59,110 nt of DNA from Macrostomum lignano (lineage: Eukaryota): NCBI GenBank assembly GCA_002269645.1, contig NIVC01002666.1:1-59110 (forward strand), read 5' to 3'. Positions 45,731 to 57,435 of this stretch are shown piece after piece. The notes beneath the pieces are model-generated. The model was not told where the DNA came from and did not search any database. It saw only the letters and a list, made by a program, of their open reading frames with translations. The translations under genes and the position numbers were made by a program. Every line of letters begins with the position of its first letter. Positions within the stretch are counted from its first letter, which is position 1.

Positions 45731-46414
45731 AGGAGGTCCTGGAAATCGGGTTGAGGAAAATAAAGAAAGAAAAACTGCAGCCGAATCGTGACTTGTATGG
45801 TAATGAAAAATCGGAATATATAGGCTATAGGCACCATTTTAGCCTACTACAAGTAGGCAGATTCGGTTTTTCGTATCCAAACGTGACGTGTATTCAAAAC
45901 TATAAAAGAAATGATTTATAGATATAACTAAATAATGTATGTAGAATTGAAAAAGCTGTGGATCAAAACGGGAAGAAGATTTTCTAGGTGCAAAAAGCCT
46001 AACCTGGGAACAGATCCCCTAATTAGTGGGATAATAATAGCAGATTAAAGTAGGTCTGAATGCCGAATGGACACATGAATGTCAAATCACTGACAACAGA
46101 AAGCGCTGCTGAAAGAAATAATTTTTTTGTAAAAAAGAAATAAAACACTTTGTACATGGCAGCCGCATGCTCTGTGCCTGTTAACACAATTAAATATAGA
46201 TATCCAAAAAGCTGATAAGCACAACAAATTGGCAATCAGTGCAAAAAGGTTGCGGTAATGGTGTGAATAAATCAAGCAATCAAGCAAGTTGTAAGGTCCC
46301 AAAGCAAGTTCTGAACACTTGTTTGATAAAGTAAATTAATCTGAAAATATTATGATACATATTTAGTATTAAATAGTAAAAATCTCAATCAAAATCTTTA
46401 AAATCCCCTGTAAC

Positions 46415-47660
46415 TAGATGGGATGACCAAAATCTCAAGATGGGATGATCAAAATCTCAAGATCGGATGATCAAAATCTCAAGATGGGATGATCAAAATC
46501 TCAAGATGGGATGATCAAAATCTCAAGATCGGATGATCAAAATCTCAAGATGGGATGATCAAAATCTCAAGATGGGATGATCAAAATCTCACCCCTGCAA
46601 CTAAATGGGATGATCAAAATCTCAAGATGGGATGATCAAAATCTCACCCCTGCAACTAAATGGGATGATCAAAATCTCAAGATGGGATGATCAAAATATC
46701 AAGATGGGATGATCAAAATCTCAAGATCGGATGATCAAAATCTCAAGATCGGATGATCAAAATCTCAAGATGGGATGATCAAAATCTCACCCCTGCAACT
46801 AAATGGGATGATCAAAATCTCAAGATGGGATGATCAAAATATCAAGATGGGATGATCAAAATCTCAAGATGGGATGATCAAAATCTCAAGATGGGATGAT
46901 CAAAATATCAAGATGGGATGATCAAAATCTCAAGATGGGATGATCAAAATCTCAAGATGGGATGATCAAAATCTCAAGATGGGATGATCAAAATCTCAAG
47001 ATCGGATGATCAAAATCTCAAGATCGGATGATCAAAATCTCACCCCTGCAACTAAATGGGATGATCAAAATCTCAAGATGGGATGATCAAAATCTCACCC
47101 CTGCAACTAAATGGGATGATCAAAATCTCAAGATGGGATGATCAAAATCTCACCCCTGCAACTAAATGGGATGATCAAAATCTTAAGATGGGATGATCAA
47201 AATCTCAAGATGGGATGATCAAAATCTCAAGATCGGATGATCAAAATCTCACCCCTGTGACGAGATGGGATGATCAAAATCTCAAGATAGGATGACCAAA
47301 ATCTCAAGATGGGATGATCAAAATCTCAAGATGGGATGATCAAAATCTCAAGATGGGATGATCAAAATCTCAAGATGGGATGATAAAAATCTCACCCCTG
47401 TGACGAGATGGGATGATCAAAATCTCAAGATAGGATGACCAAAATCTCAAGATATGATTATCAAAATCTCAAGATGGGATGATCAAAATCTCAAGATGGG
47501 ATGATCAAAATCTCAAGATGGGATGATCAAAATCTCAAGATGGGATGATCAAAATCTCAAGATGGGATGATCAAAATCTCAAGATGGGATGATCAAAATC
47601 TCAAGATGGGATGATCAAAATCTCATCCATGTAACTAGATGGTATATTCAAAATCTCACC
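46415..47660. repeat. 22-bp minisatellite (GATGGGATGATCAAAATCTCAA)n with recurring CCCCTGCAACTAA inserts
   Basis: Direct reading. Confidence 0.95.
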
Positions 47661-48061
47661 CCTGTAACTGGATGAGATAATCAAAATCTTGTCTTGAATA
47701 AGAGTGCCGTAAAAATGACACCATCAAACACTTGGCCAGAAGAGGCCACCAGAGGTCGGCAAATACAAACAAGCAATACATAAGCAAATGCATTAATAAC
47801 AGTATATGGAAGCAGTTACAAAGACACGGCCTTAACAATGGCAGACAAAAGGTAGTCTAGTTAAGTACTCGTACTTTCAAACGAAATAAACAATTTAGCA
47901 CAGTATTGATTTAAAAGCAAAGCAAAGCAAAATTCGCAAATCATATTTCGATTTTAAAGTCAGCTGCGGTAATTTAAGTTTGTTTCATGAGACATTTTTA
48001 TTACTTGATCATTTGTTTAAAAAAGCTCAATGGGTTCTCTACACACTTAGTTCTCTACCCA

Positions 48062-48628
48062 GTGATGCGGTCCAGTTCTGTACCTACTCACAAACACAAT
48101 GATGCGGTCCAGTTCTGTACCTACTCACAAACACAATGATGCGGTCCAGTTCTGTACCTACTCACAAACACAATGATGCGGTCCAGTTCTGTACCTACTC
48201 ACAAACACAATGATGCGGTCCAGTTCTCTAAACACATACGAACACAATGATGCGGTCCAGTTCTCTAAACACATACGAACACAATGATGCGGTCCAGTTC
48301 TCTAAACACATACGAACACAATGATGCGGTCCAGTTCTCTAAACACATACGAACACAATGATGCGGTCCAGTTCTGTACCTACTCACAAACACAATGATG
48401 CGGTCCAGTTCTGTACCTACTCACAAACACAAAGACGCGGTCCAGTTCTGTACCTACTCACAAACACAATGATGCGGTCCAGTTCTCTACCAACACACAA
48501 ACACAACGATGCGGTCCAGTTCTCTACCACTCAAACACAACGATGCGGTCCAGTTCTCTACCCACTCAAACACAACGATGCGGTCCAGTTCTCTACCAAC
48601 ACACAAACACAACGATGCGGTCCAGTTC
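48062..48628. repeat. ~35-37-bp minisatellite (ATGATGCGGTCCAGTTCT...ACACA)n
   Basis: Direct reading; ends ~20 bp from the PLD stop codon. Confidence 0.92.
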
Positions 48629-48649
48629 CCAAAGCCGTAGCCCACCCAG

Positions 48650-49696
48650 TCAGTGCCAGGTGATATCGGGCACCACAGACAGCTGATCATCCAGATCCGC
48701 ATTGCCCAGGAACTGCAGCGGGAACAGCACCAGATTGCCGCCCGGAGCCTCCGTGGCCAGCCGCTGTGCGGCAGCGTCGCGGTCAACCTCGGCCAATGGC
48801 GGCTCCTTCAGCCAGGCGGCCAGAGACTCGTAGTCTGGAACGGAATCAGAAGGCAGGCAGCGGAACACGGACTCGAACAGCTTGGAGTTGGCTCGAGCTC
48901 GGCCCAGCCACAGCCGGTCGAACAGCTCCTCGGACAGCGGGTCGTCCAGAGCGGCAGCGTCGGCCCCGCCGTCCAGCAGGCCGAGGTGCTCCCGCATCAG
49001 GCACCGACGCAGGGAGCCGCAGAACGAGCCAACCCGGATGTCGACTTCGTCAGCGCCGGCGGCGGCTCTCCAGACGGCCCTGGCGGTGTCCGGCCCCGCG
49101 TCCTCATAGCGCATGGCCAGCTCGGAGTCGCGGCAGCCCAGCAGGGACCTGTCATTGATATTGGCCGAGCCAAGCACCAGGACTCGGTCGTCAGCTATGA
49201 GCAGCTTCGAGTGCACGTAGATTAGCTCGGTTGCTAAGCGACCGCTGGGCATGCGGCCCCAGGTGCGCAGGGAGCAGATAGCCAGGTAGCGGGTGTGATC
49301 CTCGATCCCGCCCTGTTGGAGCCGGCCCAGCAGGGAGTCCGGGCCTCGGCACAGGGACCGATAGGTCAGGTGCAAAATCTTCTTGGTCCGTTCCATGCTG
49401 CGCGGCTCGACCAGCTGCTCCTCGAACTGCGGCCGCAGTGGCAGCAGCAGGTAGGCGCGGAACGGCCGGCCGTCCCGGTGGGCGCGCAAAATCCGGTTGG
49501 CCAGGCGGGCCGCCACCTGGTTGCGCACCGGGGAGGCAGCGCAATCGCTGGTCGGATTGCTGATGAAGAATTGCGATTCGATGTACACGAAACACTCGGC
49601 GCTATCGATTGCCGCGCACATGGCCTCGTGGATTGACCGCTCGGGCTCGGCGGCCAGGCCGGCCGACCAGGGACCCACTGAGCGGAGGATGTTCAC
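48650..49696 (-). CDS. PLD: Phospholipase D (PLD1/2 class), last exon with HKD2
   Basis: VNILRSVGPWSAG, FVYIESQFFIS, TELIYVHSKLLIADD, GSANINDRSL...RDSELA, ends VVPDITWH*. Confidence 0.95.
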   Translation of the reverse strand: MNILRSVGPWSAGLAAEPERSIHEAMCAAIDSAECFVYIESQFFISNPTSDCAASPVRNQVAARLANRILRAHRDGRPFRAYLLLPLRPQFEEQLVEPRSMERTKKILHLTYRSLCRGPDSLLGRLQQGGIEDHTRYLAICSLRTWGRMPSGRLATELIYVHSKLLIADDRVLVLGSANINDRSLLGCRDSELAMRYEDAGPDTARAVWRAAAGADEVDIRVGSFCGSLRRCLMREHLGLLDGGADAAALDDPLSEELFDRLWLGRARANSKLFESVFRCLPSDSVPDYESLAAWLKEPPLAEVDRDAAAQRLATEAPGGNLVLFPLQFLGNADLDDQLSVVPDITWH

Positions 49697-49721
49697 CTGC
49701 GAGGCCGGGGACAGGCGAATG

Positions 49722-50085
49722 AATAGGTGAGTGAAAAAGTTAGAGAACTGGTGAGTGAACAGGTGAGGGAACAGGTGAGTGAACAGGTGAGAGAACAGGT
49801 GAGGGAACAGGTGAGTGAACAGGTGAGAGAACAGGTGAGAGAACAGGTGAGGGAACAGGTGAGGGAACAGGTGAGGGAACAGGTGAGTGAACAGGTGAGA
49901 GAACAGGTGAGCGAACAGATGAGTGAACAGAGGAGAGACCAGGTAAAATAACAGGTGAGTGAACAGGTGAGTGAACAGATAAGAAACAGGTGAGGGAACA
50001 GGTTAGTGAACAGATGAGTGAACAAATGAGGGAACAGGTGAGAAACAGGTGAGAAACAGGTGAGGGAACAGGTGAAGCAGCAGGT
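49722..50085. repeat. 12-bp minisatellite (GAACAGGTGAG[T/G/A])n in a PLD intron
   Basis: Direct reading. Confidence 0.93.
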
Positions 50086-50186
50086 GTCCGAAACGATAAA
50101 GAAACAGGCGTCAGAAATCAAGCGCCAACAATCCATACTTCAAGCAGTCCAAGCACTACTTAGCAAAAGTACAAACGGTCACCAAC

Positions 50187-50581
50187 CTGATTGTAGAACC
50201 TCGGCAGCAGGCGGCTCAGGCCGGAATTATCGGCCGGCGGCCTACCGCTGGTGTCCAGGCCGTCAAGCCGGTAGTCAGTTTGGCGCTTTCGCTGCTTCCG
50301 CCAACGCCGCTTTCCGCCGCCGGAAGCTGCCGCGGCGGCGGCCGCAGCGACTGCAGCGGCTTCAGCGGCCTCTTCAGCGGCTTCCTCAGCGGCTGCATCG
50401 ACAGCGGCGAAGGCCTTGGGGATGAGCATGGGATAGCGGACCGTCGACAGGTTCTTGTCGCGAACTGTGAAATTCCAGCGCTGGATGAAGTGCCGGGCCA
50501 AATCGCGGGCCGCGTTGTCGCCGACTGCGCAGGCCACGTCGTGCCACGGCATTCGCGGCACCTCGTTGCGGTCCACCAGAT
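50187..50581 (-). CDS. PLD: Phospholipase D exon 6
   Basis: [16 protein letters not shown]...[15 protein letters not shown] (PIP2-binding region); acceptor GCAG|AT, donor CAG|GTTGGT. Confidence 0.9.
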
Positions 50582-50617
50582 CTGCGGACGCGGGGATTGT
50601 AGAGTGAGGTAAGGTGG

Positions 50618-51205
50618 GTCGGTAGATAGGGTAGGCAGTCGGTAGATAGGGTAGGCAGTCGGTAAATAGGGTAGGCAGTCGGTAGATAGGGTAGGCAGTC
50701 GGTAGATAGGGTAGGCAATCGGTAGATAGGGTAGGCAGTCGGTAGATAGGGTAGGCAGTCGGTAGATAGGGTAGGCAGTCGGTAGATAGGGTAGGCAGTC
50801 GGTAGATAGGGTAGGCAGTCGGTAAATAGGGTAGGCAGTCGGTAGATAGGGTAGGCAGTCGGTAGATAGGGTAGGCAGTCGGTAGATAGAGTAGGCAGTC
50901 GGTAGATAGGGTAGGCAGTCGGTAGATAGGGTAGGCAGTCGGTAGATAGGGTAGGCAGTCGGTAGATAGGGTAGGCAGTCGGTAGATAGGGTAGGCAGTC
51001 GGTAGATAGGGTAGGCAGTCGGTAGATAGGGTAGGCAGTCGGTAGATAGGGTAGGTAGTCGGTAGATAGGGTAGGCAGTCGGTAGATAGGGTAGGCAGTC
51101 GTAGATAGGGTAGGCAGTCGGTAGATAGGGTAGGCAGTCGGTAGATAGGGTAGGTAGTCGGTAGATAGGGTAGGCAGTCGGTAGATAGGGTAGGCAGTCG
51201 GTAGT
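50618..51205. repeat. 20-bp minisatellite (GGTAGATAGGGTAGGCAGTC)n in a PLD intron
   Basis: Direct reading. Confidence 0.96.
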
Positions 51206-51273
51206 TAAATTGGTAGAGTTAGGTAGCCAGTCTTTTTACTTAGTAGAGGCAGGGGCTGTGTGCACCCTGGCGC

Positions 51274-51588
51274 ACTTTAAGCGACATAGGCACACAACCG
51301 GCGAGAGGCATTGCTGCCCATTCCACCGACTCCCCTGAGCAGGCATACAAGCGCGCGGATACGTACGCATACGCACAGGCACACACTCATACAAGAGTAT
51401 ACAGCGGCCCCAAATTTATTTATCGTTAGGCATGTACACTCAGGGGTTGGCCCTCAAAGGCGATAACTGCACGAGCAGAGCCAAGCCGAGATTCCAATTT
51501 AGCCACAAACTAATGTGACTGCACTTGAAATCGAGCCTGAGTCGCTGGCACATGAGAGCGCCGCGCTAAACCACTGGGCTACGGCCCC
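51274..51588 (-). mobile_element. tRNA-derived SINE, copy 2
   Basis: Head GGGGCCGTAGCCCAGTGG...GGCTCGATTTC; body and 3' end shared with 34012-34338. Confidence 0.75.
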
Positions 51589-51838
51589 GTAGGTAGCCAT
51601 GCAGTCAGTCGACAGATGGGTTTAGTAGGTAGATAGTCAGGTAGGTAGGTAGGTAGGTAGGCTAGTTGGTGGATTAGTAGGTGAGAATTTGCTTAATACA
51701 TTAATAGATAAAAGCGGGTAAATAGAAAGTAGCAGGTATAAATTTAGGCAGTGGTTAGAAAAACACGCAGGAGAGATAGGTAGAATCCTACTTCTTGCTT
51801 AGCGAAGCTAGCTCAATAACCTTAATCCCCAGACTCAC

Positions 51839-51945
51839 CTCTATTTGGCTGGTGCAAGTTGAACGGCTCTTTAATGACCCAATTGACATAGTCAAGGCCC
51901 TTCCACAGCTGAATGTTGCGCGCCTCAACCGCGAGCTCTGGGGGC
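51839..51945 (-). CDS. PLD: Phospholipase D exon 5
   Basis: LWKGLDYVNWVIKEPFNLHQPNR (cf. LWHGKDYCNF); splice phases 2/1 fit the neighbours. Confidence 0.88.
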
Positions 51946-52039
51946 CTGCGGTTAGAGGATAAAACAATTAAAGACAATTTACATGGAGGGTACTTTGAAT
52001 AGATTGTTACATTTAATTGTACACAGAGAGTACACTGAA

Positions 52040-52155
52040 TGCACACTGAATGTACATTGAATGTACACCAAATGAAACACCAAATGTACACCAAATGTAC
52101 ACCAAATGCACACCAAATGTACATCAAATGAGCACCAAATGTTCATCAAATGTAC
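52040..52155. repeat. Short ~12-bp degenerate repeat (AAATGTACACCA)n
   Basis: Direct reading. Confidence 0.8.
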
Positions 52156-52171
52156 ACAGAAGGTAACCTAC

Positions 52172-52508
52172 CGCGAATCCACAAAATCCTCGCTGTTTTC
52201 GAAGCCTCCCTGATCGCCGCCTGCGGCAGCCGACCGCCTGAGCTGGCCGCGGACGCCGCGAGCGATGCGCATCCGCTCGATTGCGCCGCGCCAAAGGTTG
52301 CTAACCCGGCGAGCCTCGAGTCGTCGGACTTGCAGCTGGCCGTCGTCCATCACGTGCCAGCGAGGCTGCCGGCCGGCCTGATACTCGACCGCCGAATCGT
52401 CGACGATGCCGGAAGCGGCGGCAGCGGCTTCGGCGGCGCCGCCAGCTGACCGGCTGCCGTTGCCGTGCGCTTCAATGGTGTGAAAGCGGCGTAATTTGTG
52501 CGGCTTTC
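52172..52508 (-). CDS. PLD: Phospholipase D exon 4 (loop region)
   Basis: Open GC-rich frame KPHKLRRFHT...DFVDSR; AG/GT sites with phases 1/2 matching the flanking exons. Confidence 0.7.
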
Positions 52509-52654
52509 CTGCGTAGCGGCGCCAGCCAGACGGTGAGAGAAACGGAGAGAGTGAGAGTGCGTTAGAGTGCGCGGGAGGCCAATGCGGGTCGTGCGCTGTG
52601 CAATGTGTTAGTCGCTTAGCGAGCAAAGAGGCTAATATGCTCAAGGTCGTTAAA

Positions 52655-53058
52655 GGACCAGCAGGGAGGGCACTGAAGGACTAGCAGGTAGGGCACTGAT
52701 GGACCAGCAGGTAGGGCACTGATGGACCAGCAGGGAGGGCACTGAAGGACTAGCAGGTAGGGCACTGATGGACCAGCAGGGAGGGCACTGAAGGACTAGC
52801 AGGTAGGGCACTGAAGGACTAGCAGGTAGGGCACTGATGGACCAGCAGGGAGGGCACTGATGGACCAACAGGTACGGCACTGATGGACCAGCAGGTAGGG
52901 CACTGATGGACCAGCAGGGAGGGCACTGATGGACCAGCAGGGAGGGCACTGATGGACCAGCAGGGAGGGCACTGAAGGACTAGCAGGTAGGGCACTGAAA
53001 AACTAGCAGGGAGGGCACTGATGGACCAGCAGGGAGGGCACTGACAGACCAGCAGGGA
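52655..53058. repeat. 23-bp minisatellite (GGACCAGCAGGGAGGGCACTGAT)n in a PLD intron
   Basis: Direct reading. Confidence 0.94.
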
Positions 53059-53169
53059 TGGGTCGGTGGATAAAACTAAGATCATGAAAGGCTTGTATTA
53101 AAACTGTTAGCTCAGATGTTAAGAATCAAACATGGAAAATGACAACCGCATGAAAGTCCAAAGGCGCAC

Positions 53170-53758
53170 CTTCACTAGCTGAAGATGCGGCCGCCATTGA
53201 CGCGGCCATCTGATGCTGCTGCTGCTGCAACAGAATTCCCAGATCCTGCCGCGGCCCAGCGGACAGAAATCGCATCAGTCCACGTCGCTTCGTCTTGCCG
53301 GCGCCAGAGGACGACGAATCGTCCAGCGATTCGACAACAATGGCCGAGTCCGGGGTGGCGTGCCACGCAGCGCCGGTGTCGTTGAAGTCCACCGTGTCTA
53401 GAGTCTCGCTGACGTCGGCGAAATCTTTCGACGTTTCTGCCGTCGTGAACGCCGCTCCTGCGGCAGCACCGGAACCAACTGCTCGGCCGGGGAAAGCGGC
53501 GTTGAAAGCGTCAACGTCGCCGATTGGCCGACAGTCGGATGGCCAATCAGCGTCGCCTTGGTCGGTCAGGGGTGTCGCTGAGTGTCCCAGCGGCCCCAGC
53601 ACAGGTCGATGCCGCCAAAGAAGGCCAGGCGCTGATCGACAATTAGCAGCTTCTCGTGGTGCGTCCACAATAGGTCGGCGTTGAACAGGTGGTTCGGGTG
53701 GCGCAGTATGTAGATGTTGCGCTTGGGACAGCGGGCTTTCAGCATCATCTTGGCGTAC
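53170..53758 (-). CDS. PLD: Phospholipase D exon 3 with HKD1 (one-base frameshift at ~53570)
   Basis: NIYILRHP...LWTHHEKLLIVDQRLAFFGGIDLCWGRWDT..HP continues as LTDQG... if one C is added to the C4 run. Confidence 0.88.
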
Positions 53759-53834
53759 CTGAGTTGCCAATTAATTTAATTAGTGATTGCAGACTCTGTG
53801 GCACTAAATCTGCGCGAGGGGAAATACTGGCCGT

Positions 53835-54255
53835 GGGGTCAGTTGACCTCCTGTCAGATTGGCTAGCAACTAAATTTGTCTGCTTTGTGACAAAAGGAGT
53901 CCCACGGTCTTAGCTGATGTCACTGAGGTCACTTGACCCCCCCCCCAAGATTACGTAGCATTAAAGCCAGCTTGTCAGTAACAATCCATTCAACAGTCTT
54001 TGCGGGAGTCACTTGACCCCTTAGGAATGGCAAGAATCAAAATTAGGCTGTTTTTTAAAAGGCGAGTCCCATGGTCTTAGCTGGGGTCATTTGACCTCCC
54101 TTTCGGATTGCTCAGCATTAAAGCCGGCTCGTCAGTGACTATACGTCCAAGAGTCTTGTCTGGGGTCACTTGACCCCCTCGGATTGTCTAACATCAAAAT
54201 TGGGCTGTTTTTGAAAAGGCAAGTCTTAAGGTCTTAGCTGGGGTCACTTGACCTC
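53835..54255. repeat. Diverged ~79-bp array, each unit with a palindromic GGTCANNTGACC core
   Basis: Cores at about 53835, 53925, 54004, 54083, 54162 and 54240. Confidence 0.75.
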
Positions 54256-54304
54256 TCCTGACCCCTTAAGATAGTCTAGCATGAAAGTCAGCTCAGCAAC
54301 CTAC

Positions 54305-54691
54305 CAGCTGTCAGTGTTGACAGCGAATCGCAGTTCCTTGTAAATGAGGATGAAAATCTTGACCCCAGCGTCTGCCCGCCTCTGCAGCACATTCATGAGC
54401 TGGTGCCGGTCCTCCGGGTCCGGCCGCTTCAAATGCAGCTCGGGGGTCAGCCACCAATCGCAGATGAAAATCTCCTGTCTGGCCGCTTCCAAAGCTTCGT
54501 AGACGTCGGCGAAATAAGCGGCGCCGTCGGCGTACCATTTGGCGCGGCAGGGTCGGCGCGATGGCGCCCAGGCGCACAGCTGCTTGGCTGTTGTGTCGGC
54601 AAGGCGCCTCTGGCGCTGTTCGGAGCAAAGACGGTCCAGGGCCTCAGCCAGGCGCTCGTAGTCGCAGTGGTTGCAGCTCAGGGACACCAGC
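54305..54691 (-). CDS. PLD: Phospholipase D exon 2
   Basis: AKWYADGAAYFADVYEALEAARQEIFICDWWLTPELHLKRP...GVKIFILIYKE. Confidence 0.92.
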
Positions 54692-54724
54692 CTTATTTGG
54701 GGTGGGTGCGGGGTGTCTGGGACA

Positions 54725-54915
54725 GTCAATGGGTCTCTGTGCTGTCTGAGGGGTGTCCGTGAGACATTGAAGGGGTGTCTGTGCTGTCTGAGGGTGTCCC
54801 TGAGACAATCAAGGGGTGTCTATGCTGTCTGAGGGGCGTCCGTGAGACAGTCAAGGTGTCCGTGAGACAGTCAAGGTGTCCGTGAGACAGTCAAGGTATC
54901 CGTGAGACAGTCAAT
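54725..54915. repeat. Short 20-bp-based repeat (GTGTCCGTGAGACAGTCAAG)n
   Basis: Direct reading. Confidence 0.8.
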
Positions 54916-55454
54916 GTGTTTGAGTTTAGTAACTCTGAACTGCTGCATAGGATTTTCATTTTCATTTACATTACAGTACAGGCTTGTAAAATTTTCAAAA
55001 ACAAGCAGTCTGGTCTACTATAAGTAGACTGTTTAATTATAGAGAATAAAAAAATTTACTCGTATTGTTGACAGTCCCAAGCAATGACAGAAAGATTGAA
55101 GCTAATATCTGAGAATTCCACTTTCTAAAAATAGAACTGACTGTAGCGAGAAGTGAGAATAGCTCGCAGGGCTCAGAGGAAACGAGCCTAGATAGATAAA
55201 AAAAGCATTGGCATAAATATGCAAGTACCGGAGAACGAGTGCGCACTCAGTAAGACAAATACAGCAAATTAATAAAACTTACAGGCTTGAGTTCTGCAAC
55301 ACGAAGCCGCAGGTGTAGCGCCTAACTGACGGATCCAAGCCTTTTATAACAGACATTGACGAGTCAATCATAAACACTTCCACAGCTCTGGATAGATTAT
55401 CTTGCAGAAATATTATGCACTGGCTCTTCACCACCATCCAGCTGGAATTGTGGG

Positions 55455-56270
55455 TGGGGCGATTCTTTATGGGGCTGGAGGGCGATTCTTTATGGGATTG
55501 GAGGGCGATTCTTTATGGGGTTGGATGGCGATTCTTTATGGGATTGGAGGGCGATTCTTTATGGGGTTGGATGGCGATTCTTTATGGGGTTGGAGGGCGA
55601 TTCTTTATGGGGTTGGAGGGCGATTCTCTATGGGATTGGAGGGCGATTCTCTTTGGGGTTGGAGGGCGATTCTTTGTGGGTTGGAGGGCGATTCTTTATG
55701 GGGTTGGAGGGCGATTCTTTATGGGGTTGGATGGCGATTCTTTATGGGGTTGGAGGGCGATTCTCTATGGGGTTGGAGGGCGATTCTCTATGGGGTTGGA
55801 GGGCGATTCTCTATGGGGTTGGAGGGCGATTCTCTATGGGGTTGGAGGGCGATTCTTTATGGGGTTGGAGGGCGATTCTCTATGGGGTTGGAGGGCGATT
55901 CTTTATGGGGTTGGAGGGCGATTCTCTATGGGGTTGGAGGGCGATTCTTTATGGGGTTGGAGGGCGATTCTCTATGGGGTTGGAGGGCGATTCTTTATGG
56001 GGTTGGAGGGCGATTCTCTATGGGGTTGGAGGGCGATTCTCTATGGGGTTGGAGGGCGATTCTTCATGGGATTGGAGGGCGATTCTGCATGGAGTTGGAG
56101 GGCGATTCTTTATGGGATTGGAGGGCGATTCTGTATGGGATTGGAGGGTGATTCTCTATGGGGTTGGAGGGCGATTCTTTATGGGATTGGAGGCGATTCT
56201 GTATGGGATTGGAGGGTGATTCTCTATGGGGTTGGAGGGCGATTCTTCATGGGATTGGAGGGTGATTCTC
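55455..56270. repeat. 23-bp minisatellite (GGGGTTGGAGGGCGATTCT[T/C]TAT)n in PLD intron 1
   Basis: Direct reading. Confidence 0.95.
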
Positions 56271-56337
56271 GGTGGAAAGACACAGACGAGGTTAAAAGCG
56301 GTTCTCCTGTTACCATGGCTACAGTGATGCAACTCAC

Positions 56338-57028
56338 AGTCGCTTAGACCTGCCGCAGTACAGGTGACAGTCGGCCGAGCAGCTGGTGTCGCCCAGGCTG
56401 TCACCGCGTACAAATCTTGCCCGAACCTCCGCCTCGACAATGTTGATGAACGAAACGCGAGGAGCCGCCGCCAGACAAGTTGTCCAGACCGCGCACAAAG
56501 CTCAGCCTGGAGACGCCAAGAAACCGCAACAGGTGCAAACTGTGCCGCAGAGAGTGCACCCGATCAAGCACCCAGCGCAGTTGCTCCTCGAACGATTGCA
56601 GCCGACTGTCGGGCTCCTGATGGCTGCTGTTCTGCCGATCTGCAGCCGCGATGTTGCGGGCGGAGTCGGCGGCGGCCCCGTCTGCTGAGGCTGCTGTTCG
56701 CCTTCGCAGAATTCGTGCTGATGCCGCAGCCGATCGGCAGGATGAGGGCAGCCCGCAGCAGCGGGTACACCCGGCGCCAATGGTTCAGATTGCGGGTCAC
56801 CAACCAGGAGTAGCAGCCGTGGGCCAGCTCCACCCGGTAGCGGGTGTCCAGGTCCAGCAGGCGGCGCAGCTGGCCGACTCGGCCGCCCAGGTGCCTGGCC
56901 ACGTGACTCTGGCCGTGCTCCTGAGCGCGCAGTGCCACAGGAGAGCCGGGCAGGAATGGGCCACCGTGGCCAGCGGCATCGTGCACGCTTAGGAATGGCA
57001 AGCAGCCGGCTGCTTCTGGAGACGACAT
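56338..57028 (-). CDS. PLD: Phospholipase D exon 1 (PX and partial PH; needs at least 2 frame changes)
   Basis: LPFLSVH, FLPGSPV, YRVELAHGCYSWLVTR (PX). Another frame gives FLGVSRLSFVRGL and a third gives VSFINIVEAE...GRSKR|, ending at a phase-2 GTGAGT donor. The start codon is uncertain. Confidence 0.65.
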
Positions 57029-57435
57029 GAGCAAGATAGCAAAGTTTTTGTCAATAAAGAAATCACTACACAAATTTGTCTGAACAAAATGCAGAAAGCA
57101 TGTAACGTGTAATATATAAATTTATAAAAATATGAAATATATCTAAATCACAAAACATCATCAAAAATTTATGAAGCCATGACTTTGGAAATACCTATTC
57201 TTAGATAGGCCCCACTGGCTTCAAGGTATAGGCTGGACTTAGTCTTGATTCTGATTGCAATACAAGCTTTGATTTTGATCTAGATATACCTGCCAACTCC
57301 AACTTGGATAAAGAAGTCAATTCTAGGCCTAAAAAGGATAAATTTTAATCCATGGCTGACTAGAAGAAATAGAGAATTCAACTACTACTCATATATAAAT
57401 TATCTTAGCAACTAGGTGTACAGTGTACACATTTA

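Noticed and set aside
51515-51588. tRNA gene (CAT anticodon-like) at the SINE head
   Set aside because: The acceptor and T stems do not pair properly and the sequence continues into a shared SINE body.
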